Shown here in pieces: positions 1 to 10,600 of a stretch of 64,000 nt of DNA (position 1 is the stretch's first letter; each line of letters begins with the position of its first letter). Origin of the DNA: Patescibacteria group bacterium. Lineage in GTDB: Bacteria; Patescibacteriota; Saccharimonadia; Saccharimonadales; JAZKJC01. The notes under the pieces are model-generated. The model worked only from the letters and a program-made list of their open reading frames with translations, had not been told where the DNA came from and did no database searches. Where the stretch lies: assembly GCA_040384565.1 (NCBI GenBank), contig JAZKJC010000003.1, forward strand, positions 87,195 through 151,194, written 5' to 3'. Position numbers and translations under genes: made by a program.

Positions 1-2717
1 TTTTGGATCTGGAAGGCGTCCGTAGCATTGGCGGTTCTTGTAGTGAGCTGGGCGCCATTGGCACCGCGGGACTGGTTGGCATAAACAGTGCCAGTGCCTA
101 GGTCCTGGATGGTCGTAGCGCCAGTGCCACTAAACCGGTTGTCGGCAAGGTAGTTATTGTCGGAGGTCGAGTCAGCAATGTTTATAGCATGACCACTTCC
201 AGCTGTGTCGGTAACCTCATTTGAGTTAATAGAGTTAGCGTCAGAGTTTGTCATGTATATACTGCTGTTTCCAGTAGCTACTGTATTGTTATGAAGTTTG
301 TTCGCAGAAACAATGTTATTATTCGAGTTATTGAGCCCGATACCATCGGTTCCACTGCCGTTGACATTGTTTGCTGAAATAATATTGTTACTCGAATTTA
401 TTAAAGTAATGCCTCTAGCCACGGAGTTGCTTACTATGTTGTTTGATATGGTGCTCTGGCTAACTCCTCCAAAATAGACATTAACGCTATTAGCTACGAG
501 TATGTTATTGCTAATGATAAGCCCGCTGGAGCTATCACTAACAATACCTTGGTTACTATTTTGTATAGTGTTCTCATAAACTTTTACATTATATGAAGAA
601 AGTAATCCTATTGCGTCCGTCCGAAAATTATCTATTGTTAATCCTCGGATGTCTGCGCCTGCAGTGGTTGCGTTAGTAGCTACTTCTATAAATACGATAG
701 CGTGCTGCGTACCAGCCGTATTATTCGCCTTATTTCCGTCCAGCTTAAAGTCCCGCAGTTTTATATTTGTGTTACCGTTGGTGGTATCGCTATTCACGAT
801 GGCACTGATGGAAGCGTTGATGCCATCCTCAAGCTTGATTATTGTACTGGCTCCAGCTCCTGCAAGAGTAACGTTGCTGGGTACAGATATTGCTGTATCG
901 ATAGTGTATGTCCCCTCCATCAAGTAAACTGTGCCGCCTTGGGCCGGCAGGGCCGCAATTGCTGCCTGAATCTTGCTGTCGGCATTGCCGGCGGTTTCTT
1001 CTGCACTGGTGACCTGGTAGTCAGCTCCGGCTGGGGTTTGGCTATTGGATGCAGCCACGACTTTTGTTGAGCTACGGCTCATATTCTGCCAAGCTCCACC
1101 ACCGTAGACCAGGAGTTGATCAGTGTCAGTATCAAAGTAGATCTGGCCTTCGGTTGGTGAACCTGGACGTTGAGCGGTGGTGCCACCGATTAGCCTTAAA
1201 GTCTTTTGGGCAGCAATGGTAGTGTCTACGCCTATGTTTACTCCAGTGCTAGCTACACTCAGTAAGTTGCCTGAACCTGCGTTATTCTGGATAGCAAAAG
1301 CAGTCGTAAGAGGGGTGGAGGCATCGCGCACCAAAAGACTGCCATCGGTGGAATTTAAGACGATTATGGCTTCCGTACTGTCACCATCTGCATCATAGGC
1401 ATCCTGCAATGTCACAGCCCCGCCAGACCCAGAGCCATTATTACAGTTAGCAAAGGTTAGAATACCGGCCGTACCGGAATTCTTAACACACTGGCTGGCA
1501 CTACCTAGAGTAGTTGGGAAGACAAACGTTTGACTAGAAGCAGAATCCCCTGCCCTAAAAGTCGTAGTCTGCCCATTGCCATCATGCAGTATTAAATCGC
1601 CCAGAACACTGGTAGTACCGATAGTGGCGCTGGTACTGAATGTGCCGCTGCCGGTAACTTGTATACCGCTAGCAGTGACCGCAAAATACTTTGTACCACC
1701 GCCATTGCTGGTGACCTCTAGCAGATTAGTCCCAAGGGCGCTGCTGGCATCCTGTATGGTCAGTACGCCTTGGGCACTGGTGAGTACTATTTCCGGTGTG
1801 GCATCAGCTGTAGTATCGTAGGCGTCCTGCAAGGTTCCGCCAGCCGCTCCACAACTGGCAAAGGTCAACGTGCCAGCTGTCCCGCTGTTCTTCAAACACT
1901 CGTTGGCAGATCCTACCGTTAGTGGCAGGGTTAAGGCATAGGTGGTAGTGGTTGAGCCTGATTGGATGGTAACAGTGTTGTTGTTAGCGCTATTAGCCAG
2001 GACGATCTTGCCGGTGTTGCCACTAGCTCCATTGCTGGTGCCTAGGGTTAGGATACCGGTTTTGTCCAGGGTCAGGACATCCAGACCGCTACCTTGGAGT
2101 TGCAGGAGGTTACCTGCACCGGTTTGGTTGATGCGGATGGCGTTACTGGCGGAGTTAACTCCCTGGACGCTAGCTGGAGCCAATTGGGCAAAGCCAGTGC
2201 TGTCTATGCCGTCCAGTTGGGAGCTATTGAAGGCGTGGGGCACAGCTGTCAGCTTGATGCGGGGTGACATCTCGCCGTCCCAGGTTGGTCCGGCAGTACC
2301 ACCTATGTTCATGGTTAGCCACATGTCTTGATCCCAGTTAAGAGCTGGGAAGCCAGTTATAGAAGCTAGGTTAACACTGAAGTAACCGTTCTTGACAGTT
2401 ACCTTGTTAGCACCGGTTCTGGTTTCTACCCAGAGACAGTCATCTGTAGCTCCACCTACACAGACTCCTTGGGCACTGGCGCCAGCAGCCAGGGTGTCAT
2501 AGAGCTTAAACTCAATGTTGTAGGTGCCGTCTGGCACTAGGCCGCCACTGGCGTTGAGCAGGCGGGCTTGGAAGTTTAGGTTGGAGGAGGTGGCGGCTTG
2601 GACTGGCTGGGGAGGGCTAAGTAACAGGTTTGAGACAATAAACAGCAAGGGTACTAGGAAAGCTAGCACGGATGTGATGAATGGTTTGCGGGTGGACCGC
2701 TGTTTTTTGTTTGCCAT
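1..2717 (-). CDS. Large secreted surface protein, N-terminal 905 codons only (runs off the left edge); signal peptide, tail-fibre-like repeats, then right-handed beta-helix-like repeats
   Basis: Hand translation from ATG at 2717 gives MANKKQRSTRKPFITSVLAFLVPLLFIVSNLLLSPPQPVQA.. The frame was re-checked at 1082 (..GTTAQRPGSPTEGQIYFDTDTDQLLVYGGGAWQNM) and at 3-62 (..ANGAQLTTRTANATDAFQIQ). Only short plus-strand shadow ORFs lie here. It is absent from the ORF track, presumably because there is no stop in the window. Asn-rich NNI/SxN periodic repeats occur around 240-700. Confidence 0.75.
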   Translation of the reverse strand, partial: MANKKQRSTRKPFITSVLAFLVPLLFIVSNLLLSPPQPVQAATSSNLNFQARLLNASGGLVPDGTYNIEFKLYDTLAAGASAQGVCVGGATDDCLWVETRTGANKVTVKNGYFSVNLASITGFPALNWDQDMWLTMNIGGTAGPTWDGEMSPRIKLTAVPHAFNSSQLDGIDSTGFAQLAPASVQGVNSASNAIRINQTGAGNLLQLQGSGLDVLTLDKTGILTLGTSNGASGNTGKIVLANSANNNTVTIQSGSTTTTYALTLPLTVGSANECLKNSGTAGTLTFASCGAAGGTLQDAYDTTADATPEIVLTSAQGVLTIQDASSALGTNLLEVTSNGGGTKYFAVTASGIQVTGSGTFSTSATIGTTSVLGDLILHDGNGQTTTFRAGDSASSQTFVFPTTLGSASQCVKNSGTAGILTFANCNNGSGSGGAVTLQDAYDADGDSTEAIIVLNSTDGSLLVRDASTPLTTAFAIQNNAGSGNLLSVASTGVNIGVDTTIAAQKTLRLIGGTTAQRPGSPTEGQIYFDTDTDQLLVYGGGAWQNMSRSSTKVVAASNSQTPAGADYQVTSAEETAGNADSKIQAAIAALPAQGGTVYLMEGTYTIDTAISVPSNVTLAGAGASTIIKLEDGINASISAIVNSDTTNGNTNIKLRDFKLDGNKANNTAGTQHAIVFIEVATNATTAGADIRGLTIDNFRTDAIGLLSSYNVKVYENTIQNSNQGIVSDSSSGLIISNNILVANSVNVYFGGVSQSTISNNIVSNSVARGITLINSSNNIISANNVNGSGTDGIGLNNSNNNIVSANKLHNNTVATGNSSIYMTNSDANSINSNEVTDTAGSGHAINIADSTSDNNYLADNRFSGTGATTIQDLGTGTVYANQSRGANGAQLTTRTANATDAFQIQ

Positions 2718-2809
2718 TGGGTGGCTTTGGTTTTATTTGGTTTTGGTTTTGCTTTTTATTTTGCAATACCTGGTAATAATTTTAAAGGATTATAGGGGCA
2801 AATCAAGGG

Positions 2810-2847
2810 TGAATACATAAATTATATACTCAGCTATATTCTGTCAA
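2810..2847 (-). promoter_or_regulatory. Candidate promoter of the left-edge giant gene (TTGACA-15-TATAAT) with a conserved downstream box
   Basis: Minus strand reads TTGACA (2847-2842), a 15-nt spacer, then TATAAT (2826-2821). It is followed by TTATGTATTCA, which is shared with the region upstream of the 4,719-aa gene (18876-18894). Confidence 0.35.
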
Positions 2848-3117
2848 ATTATTTAAAATAGGTGCTCTAATCAAAATACATTCGTTGTACAAACCACAAC
2901 TTGTAAAGAGTTGTTACCTATAATTTGAGTCAATAATCAAATATTGCATTATAATTTGAGTTGTAATTTTGTCATCAAAATAAATAATAGACACCTCTGC
3001 CCTAAAACTTATCCACAGCTGCCTAATCTCTCTAGTCACCTTAAGGGTCTTTTAATCGTCTCAAAGATTTTTCAGCACTACTCCCCACAAACTTCAGGTC
3101 AAAAGGTCAAAACCCAA

Positions 3118-3141
3118 AGAGAACTGTTCTCTAACAGATGG
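3118..3141 (-). repeat. REP-like palindromic repeat, copy 1 (reverse complement of CCATCTGTTAGAGAACAGTTCTCT)
   Basis: 24/24 identical to 24901-24924 on the opposite strand. It contains the palindrome AGAGAAC-N-GTTCTCT. Confidence 0.8.
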
Positions 3142-3238
3142 TTAAATTACAGATCAGTCAGACACCACCGGCTATGCCGGTGGCTTGATGAGTGGGGTCG
3201 CCTAAAAGGCGATCGATCTGCCGCTACCACGTTAGTTG

Positions 3239-3673
3239 TTAGTTAGAAAGCGCCTTGAGCCGCTGAAGCTTCGTTTTCTTCTTGTTCTTTGATGTACTTT
3301 TGTATGACCTGCTCTCTTCCAGGTCAACGGTTGACACGGCATAGCCCCTGGCCCAGAAGTGCTCGCCATTGAAGTTTCTGGTTTTGCCGCCAAACTCTCT
3401 AGCAATGGCGATGGCACTTTTACCTTTCAGGAAGCCAACTACTGCTGAAACCTGATATTTTGGTGGGACCTCAATGAGCATGTGGACATGATCGGGCATG
3501 AGATGGCCTTGCAGTATCTTGCAATCCTTTTGGGAAGCCAGGGCATGAAAGATCTGTCCGAGTCTTGGCCTTATTTGGCCGTAGAGCATTTTCTTTCTCA
3601 TCTTGGGCACAAAGATGAGATGATACTTGCAGTCCCACTTCGAATGGGACAGGCTGTTGTAGGTTTGTGACAT
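3239..3673 (-). CDS. tnpA: IS200/IS605-family Y1 (HUH) transposase TnpA; the C-terminal tail is probably frameshifted
   Basis: MSQTYNSLSHSKWDCKYHLIFVPKMRKK..PDHVHMLIEVPP (HUH)..FWARGYAVSTV (catalytic Tyr). The start was moved to the ATG at 3673. After ~3310 an alternative frame reads VIQKYIKEQEENEASAAQGAF*, which matches the usual family C-terminus better than the annotated frame. Confidence 0.85.
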   Translation of the reverse strand: MSQTYNSLSHSKWDCKYHLIFVPKMRKKMLYGQIRPRLGQIFHALASQKDCKILQGHLMPDHVHMLIEVPPKYQVSAVVGFLKGKSAIAIAREFGGKTRNFNGEHFWARGYAVSTVDLEESRSYKSTSKNKKKTKLQRLKALSN

Positions 3674-3724
3674 ATTGATCCTTTCGCGAGTGGTAGCGAG
3701 CAGATCTAAGAAACAGTCTAGAGC

Positions 3725-3757
3725 AATAATACCCAGGCTAATCGCCTGGGTATTATT
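3725..3757. other. Perfect 14-bp stem / 5-nt loop hairpin upstream of tnpA (IS200-end-like)
   Basis: AATAATACCCAGGC-taatc-GCCTGGGTATTATT. Confidence 0.7.
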
Positions 3758-3840
3758 CTGTTGGCTCGCAAAGGTCAAACCGATTCAAGTCACACTAGTA
3801 GAACTAGTGGCTTCCCGATGGGGTAGTGAATTCTTATCCA

Positions 3841-4455
3841 TTAGCGGTCAGCTAGTTCGTGCTTAATTTCTGACAACATATCGCGGTGCTCTTCGTAATC
3901 CGCCACGAACTGCAGGTAGCTCTCACTGCTATTAAACATCTCTAAGATTCGTTGCGGATGAAGCCAGACAGGTGCGTTGCCACGCTTGTAATAGGTGAGG
4001 CTGGAGTAAGGGTATGTTTTCCAGGAACGTGGGTTTAGATGAATATATCTACTGATATGTTCTAGGTAAGCCTGCGTATCAATTCTTGATGCCTTATAGC
4101 GGTTTTCGAACAAGGAGCCACTTCTCTTATACTTGAGATTAAAATAACGGCTGTAGCTAGTCATTATGCCACGCATCAGAGCTGTTAGGCCTCCTTGTTC
4201 TGCCTGGTACACCAAGATATGGAAATGGTTAGGCATAAGGCAGTAGGCAAGAACTTGAATTGACTTTTTAAAGTTGGGGTAAGCAATTCCCTGTTTGCTG
4301 ATGGTTGTTTTATCTGACAAGTATCTCTCAAATAGTTTTAGGAAATATGTGTAGTCCTTTGGCTCCAAAAAGATTGGCTGTTTGCTGGCTCCCCTGGCAT
4401 AGACATGGTAATAGGACTCTCCAGTATCTAACCTGATTGTATTGCGTGATGGCAT
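3841..4455 (-). CDS. REP-associated tyrosine transposase (RAYT)-like Y1/HUH protein
   Basis: YHVYARG.., LMPNHFHILV (HUH) and LFENRYKAS (Tyr motif) are present. Length is 204 aa. Confidence 0.8.
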   Translation of the reverse strand: MPSRNTIRLDTGESYYHVYARGASKQPIFLEPKDYTYFLKLFERYLSDKTTISKQGIAYPNFKKSIQVLAYCLMPNHFHILVYQAEQGGLTALMRGIMTSYSRYFNLKYKRSGSLFENRYKASRIDTQAYLEHISRYIHLNPRSWKTYPYSSLTYYKRGNAPVWLHPQRILEMFNSSESYLQFVADYEEHRDMLSEIKHELADR

Positions 4456-4501
4456 AACTTAACATAACTCTACCAAATATGCTAAAATCTGCAAAATCCT
4501 T

Positions 4502-4523
4502 ATCTGTTAGAGAACAGTTCTCT
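4502..4523 (+). repeat. REP-like palindromic repeat, copy 2
   Basis: ATCTGTTAGAGAACAGTTCTCT is identical to the core of copies 1 and 3. It is followed by the direct duplication CTTGAAGCCCT x2. Confidence 0.8.
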
Positions 4524-4600
4524 TGAAGCCCTCTTGAAGCCCTCCTGTTCATAATAATCTTTTTCCGCGCTTACCCCCGATGCTGGCGGCCAAGCAATCC

Positions 4601-7600
4601 TTAGGGAGTTGGGGCGGCGGCTAGGATGACGTAATCAAAGTTGTAGGTGGTGTTATCGGCGGCTGGGTTGATGGCTACCAGCTCAAAGCCATCTGCAGTC
4701 TTGCGTACATATACCTGAAGCAAGAGGCTTAACTCGTCGTTGGCACTTATAACTATCTTGGGTGTTCTTTCAAATGCTTTATTGAACTTAATGGTGGCCA
4801 ACACTCCCCTATTAGAGGCTGTTGCGGTACGCACCGATATGGTACCGGTTGTATCAGTACCATCCAGTGCGATAGTTGGCATGGTTGCAGGGTCGATTGG
4901 AGTGCCTGTTCCTGTGCCGCTGGCGGCTCCCAATACGGCTTGAGGGGCGGTGCCGCGGCTAATAATGTGGCTTTCTATGATTAGGGTGTCTTTGATAACT
5001 AGCTTGGTTACTGTCAGAGTACCCTGCACTTTTGCGTTGCCAGTTACGGTTAGTTCGGCTAAGGTAGATACTCCAGATACGGTCAGATTCTGGATGGTGG
5101 CCGTGCCGGTGACCGTCAGGTCTTTAGTTGTAATGGTGTTAGTCACAGTCAGGTTGTTTATGGTGGCATCGCCTAGGATGGTTAGGGTGTTGAATGTAGC
5201 GCTGTTGCCCTGTATGTCGGTGGTTGGTTCACTGTTGTAGCCAATGCCAAGCTGTACCATGACTTTGTTACCGGTTTGGGTGCCGTCATAGGCGTCTAGG
5301 GCTATGCCGATGATCCGGCCAGCACCACTTGCCTTCATGGCTACCCCCGGGGTTGATGAACTTGTTAGTTTGTCACCTACTTGGATGGCGCCACCTTCCA
5401 GGCTGACTTTAACTGGCACACGGCCGGTTAGAGCTAGGACAACTGATTGGCCATCATCGGTACCCATAACGGTATGTGGCGTTGTAGATACAACTCCTAT
5501 GAGTTTGCTGTCGTAGGCTAAGGTAGATTGCTTCACGCTGACTGTACTGTCACCGACCGTCAAAACATCGCCGGGTTGAGGTTTTGTGCCGGTGTACTTG
5601 ATCCACTCGGCCAGGTCGGCGGTGTCGGAACCGTTGGCGGCTTGAGCTGTGCCAGAGTTGAGGCCAACTATTCTCCAAGTGCCGTTGATGTAGGCCACTG
5701 TGTAGTTTTCTGTCACCGACCCGTTAACGGTGTTGGCGGCGGTAACGGTGCCAATAGTCGATCCGTTTATCTGGACAGTGACATCGACAGAGTTACTAGT
5801 ACAGTTGTTGTCAGTGGCTTTAGACACAATGTAGGCAAAGGTGCCTTCACTTGATGGCAGGCCAGTTATGTTGAAGGTTTTATCAGCAGTATTACAGTCA
5901 CCAGTAGTGTCGGTAGATTGGACGTAGTAGGCCAAGGCAGCCGTACTTACGGTAGAAGTAGTGGCCGAGTCGCTGGTTGCTGTGGTAGAAACATTACCGC
6001 CCCATGTACCAGTTACGTCAAGTTTACGGCTGGGACTACTCATACCGATACCTACATTACCACCGCTAGCCTGCAGTGTTATGTTACCAAACAAGCCAGC
6101 TGTGCCGTCAGTGCCATTAATGCTTCCTGAGGCTCCTGAACCTGCATTGCCGCCGGCACCGCCCTGCAGAACAAGCCGCCCACCGTTACTCCCATTACCA
6201 CCATTACCGCCGGGCCCGCAGTAGCCTCCACAACCGGCCTCCTCATAATAAGCCTCCCCGCCATTGCCACCTGCTCCACCAATTGCACCCGATATAGTAA
6301 TATCGCCAGCGGCGGCACCGTTCCCGCCGTTATTGCCAGTAAATTGAATGCCACTGCCACCCGCACCGCCCGCTCCCGATGCAAGGCTAATGGAGCTTCC
6401 AGTTCCACCGTTGCCTGAATCAGCACCTGACCCCCCGATACCTCCAACTACATTCAGCGTCTGCACAGCTGCCGCACCACTATCAGCTGGTTGGTTAGGT
6501 CCAAGGACATTTAACGTATTGGTAGTCACGCTGCCGGAGAAGTTTGTAGTCGTAGCGGAGGTACCAAAGTTGATAGTTGAAGTGTTGCCATTATCCAGGA
6601 AGTTGAAAGTGCTGCCGCCGACGGTCTGCTGGATGGACTTGTCGGTGAAATAGGTGGATCCGTTGCCAGTGACGATGCCGTCTATGAAGTAACCGCGGCC
6701 GTAGCGATTGGTCAGGCTCTGGGTTAGGTCTACGCCACCCAGTTCTGGGATATGCATCTCGACTACAGCGGCACCATTATCCCAGGTCAGGGCTGGGGAG
6801 ATGGTCAAGGTGTTGGTAGCAATAGCGGTGATCTTGGCGTAACACACAGTTACTGCTCCAGAACAGGTGTTAGCACCCGTGGGGTCTACTTGGACATAGT
6901 TGCCTACATCAAAGTTAGTGGCAGAAGTCAGGATAAGGGTGGTGCTATTGGTACCAGCCCCGTTAGCAGTGGTAGAGCCGTTGAGGGTGGTGAAGCTAGA
7001 AGTAATGTCGCCATCGGCATTGACTTTGAAGTTGGAGGCAGCTCCGGTGCCGACGGAGAGGAGGGCGGATGGGGTAGTGGTACCGATCCCGACGTAGCCA
7101 CCGTTAAATAGTGCGGCGTAATTGGTATCGGCGCCTGATACATTTACGTTTAAGCCTGTCAGTGTGGACGTACCGCCAGTATCACCAGTCGCCTGAATAT
7201 CTAAGCCGTAAGTATTGATGGTGCCGCCAGTGGCACCAGTACGAGTAACTGTCAGTTGTTGGCCGTAAGTAGTGTCTGTACCGGCAGTCTTATTCACCGT
7301 GTTAGAAACCGTCAAACCAGAGCCGGTGTTTGTGGTGGTGCCGGTTGTGGCTGGAGAGAAGGTTGCATCAATGTCGAATTTGGCGTCGGGGGTGGCGTCG
7401 CCAATGCCGACAAATCCACCACTTGATTGCAAAATAACATTCCCATACGAGCCGTTTGTACCGGCAGTTCCAGTACCAGCTGGTCCGCCAGTACCACCAG
7501 TACCACCTTGGATAGTTATCGTACCACCAGAGCCACCGTTGCCGCCGTTTACTCCCGGACCGTCAGGATCTTCACATCCCGGGCAAGCTGAGCCGCCGAT

Positions 7601-10600
7601 TCCGCCAGTTCCGGAAGTAATGGTAATGTTTCCACCATTTGCACCTGACCCAGCATTGGTACCGTTATATCCCTGCGAGCCTGCTCCACCAACACCAGTA
7701 GTTAAGCTAAATGCGCCGCCAGCACCACCATTATCACCACCAAAAGTATTAATAGTACCACCTCCCCCGCCAGCGCCGGTAGTAACAGATAGTGCTCCGC
7801 CCACACCACCCACGGCACTAATAGAGTTGAAGCTAAGTCCGCCCTGCCCACCTGAACCCGTTGCAAGTGTCAGGACGCCGCCATTGCCACCGTTCATGCT
7901 GCCGACAGCTTGACCAGCCGACCCGCCATTACCAGATTGTAAACTTATAAGGCTGCCATTACCGCCAGCTGATCCGGCAACGCTAGCTCCATTTCCTCCA
8001 AACACCTGTAACACAGGTGTAGCAGCAGCTCCTGCAGTTGTAGCTGATGGCCCATCAACCTGGAGCATGGAACCTGGTGTAGAGGTGACGCCTATGCCAA
8101 CCCGGCCATTCTGATCAATCACAAACGGTGTGGTGTCACCTGAACTATCATCAACCCGCAGAGCATACCCTGTACCCAGGCTATTAATAAACATACCCCC
8201 GAAGGCACCAGTGTTTAGTTGGTCTACAGTTAATGGGTAGGTGCTATCTGAGCCGGAAGATGCAGGATTACGGATAATTATTGAGTCATCAGCTGTTGTC
8301 AGGGCAACAATAGCATCACTGCCGTCAGCGTCAGTGTTATAGGCAGATTGAAGAGTTGATGCAGCAGATATACAGTCTCCCCACGCGCTGTTTTCAAAGC
8401 AGCGGAACTTATTGGTGTTGGAGTTATAGTACGATGCGCCATTGACGCCAGTGGGATCACCGGCAGTGTTTTTTGTGTCTAGCACTAGTAGAGCAGCGGT
8501 GGCATCGGCGGTTGTATCGCCAATATAAATTCTAGAGTTTGTTGTATCTATCTGGAACAGTTCGTTGCCAGCAGTAGTCGACTGAACTACAAAGGCGGTG
8601 GTGGAGTTGGTCTGGTTGCGGAAGGTAGTAGCACCACCGTCAGCAACCTTTAGAACATCTTGGGCTGTAGTGGATGTGTCAGTTACCTTGAAAAGATCGG
8701 TGGAACCGGTCGAACTGACATGAAGAAGGGCACCAGGGGTGGATGTACCGATCCCCACATTGCCTCCGCTCGCCTGCATAGTAATATTGCCATAAGCGCC
8801 AGTCTGGCCGCTGTTACAGGATCCGCCACATCCGTCTCCTCCTCCTCCTCCTCCTACACCTGTTTGAATATTTATATTTCCTCCAGCTCCTCCGTCGGCA
8901 CCATCAAGCCCTGTACCTGCTCCGGCACTGCCTCCTTGCCCGCCTGCGCCGCTAGTTATATTAATAGCGCCACCTAAAGCACCAACGCCTCCACCGGCAA
9001 CGCCATCTGTACCATTACCGCCAGCTCCACCTGTCCCGCCGGTAAGCGTTAGTGCTCCTCCTGCTCCTCCTGTTTGCCCAAGTCCTCCGCCGGATACTCC
9101 ACCCACACCACCTGTTCCTGAAAGCATTGCAAGCAAACTGCCAGCACCACCAGCACCGGTTGTACCATTACCGCCAGTACCACCCGTGACTTGCAGGGTT
9201 TGGACGGCAGCCGCGCCAGCTGTGGCTTGGTTTGGACCAAGGATATGTAAAATTGAGGTTGGACTAGCCAGTCCAATACCCACATTGCCCGCATTATCTA
9301 TAATAAACGGTGTGCTGTCAGTGTCGGTGCCGTCATCGTTAACCCTTAGGGCATAGCCTGAGCTACCGCCAGCACTAGTTAGGAGTAAGCCGCTCTTGCT
9401 AGCGCCCGTGGCAAGTTGGGTCACCTTTAGCACGAAGTCGCTATCCGAACCACTGGCTGCCGGATTAGAAAAGATTAGTGAATCATCAGCTGTAGTCAGG
9501 GCAATCGTGGCATCAGAGCCATCAGCATCGGCGTTGTAAGCACCTTGGAGAGTAGAAGCTGAGGCGCTTGTAATACAATCCGCCCAGGCGCTATTTTCAA
9601 AGCAGCGGAACTTGTTGGTGTTAGAGTTGTAGTAGGTGGCACCATTGACACCAGTTGGGTCGCCGGCAGTGTTCTTGGTGTCAAGCACCAGTAGAGCGCC
9701 GGTGGCATCGGCTGTAGTGCTGCCGACCTGCAGACGTGAGTTCGTAGTGTCGGCTACTAGCAAGTTGGTACCAGCGGCGTTTTGGATCTGGAAGGCGGTG
9801 GTGGAGTCGGTTTGGTTGCGGAAGGTGGTGGCTCCGCCATCAGCGATATCAAATACATCCCTGGCTGTCGCGGTCGTGTCAGTAACTCTAAGGAGTGAAC
9901 TTCCTCCGCCAGTTCCTGAGACATGGAGCAGCGCGCTGGGGCCAGAGAGCCCTATGCCGACCCGACCAGCTGTAACTGTAGAGAACAGTATATTGCCGGG
10001 AGTACCGGAGGTAGTGCCGCCATCAATATATACATTGCCACCATTCGTACCATTGCCACTAGCACCGCCCTGAATTCTTACGTTGCCACCCGGTGACACA
10101 CCGCTGCCACCACTGCCACCATTTAGGTTTAGGTCACCGCCTGTGCCACCGGCGTTAGCACTGCCAGCTTGAACTGTTAAATTATAACCGTTACCACTGG
10201 ATGCTTGGGCTACGCTTATGGTGCGGTTAGCGCCTTGGCTCAGGGTGTGGTTACCGGTTGAGATAAGGTTACCACTGGCTAGGATATTGCCTGTGCTATC
10301 GACCTGGAATTGGTTTGAGGCACCGACACTTAGCATTGATGCTGGGGCTGTAGTTCCGATGCCCAGGGATCCGCTTTGATCAATCCGTGCGCGCTCAGTA
10401 GTTGAGCAGCCGTTACAGCGGGTGGCGAAAACCAAGGCGTTGGAGTCAGTTCCAGTCCGAACAGCGCCGATGGTGGCATTGCCGGAGTTGGCCGCGGCAC
10501 TGGAGGCAAAGCTAATGCCGACGAAGCCAGTTGAGTTAGTGTTGGTATTACGAATGGTTAGACCCTGCATTAAGGACGTTGTAGTATAAGCTGCCGCGCC

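Larger units (their letters stand above)
3118..4523. mobile_element. Composite Y1-transposase locus (IS200-type tnpA plus RAYT-like gene) bracketed by inverted REP-like palindromes
   Basis: Two HUH/Y1 genes lie between inverted copies of the same 22-24 nt palindromic motif (3118-3141 and 4502-4523). Several strong hairpins lie inside (3160-3180, 3725-3757, 3790-3810). Confidence 0.6.
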
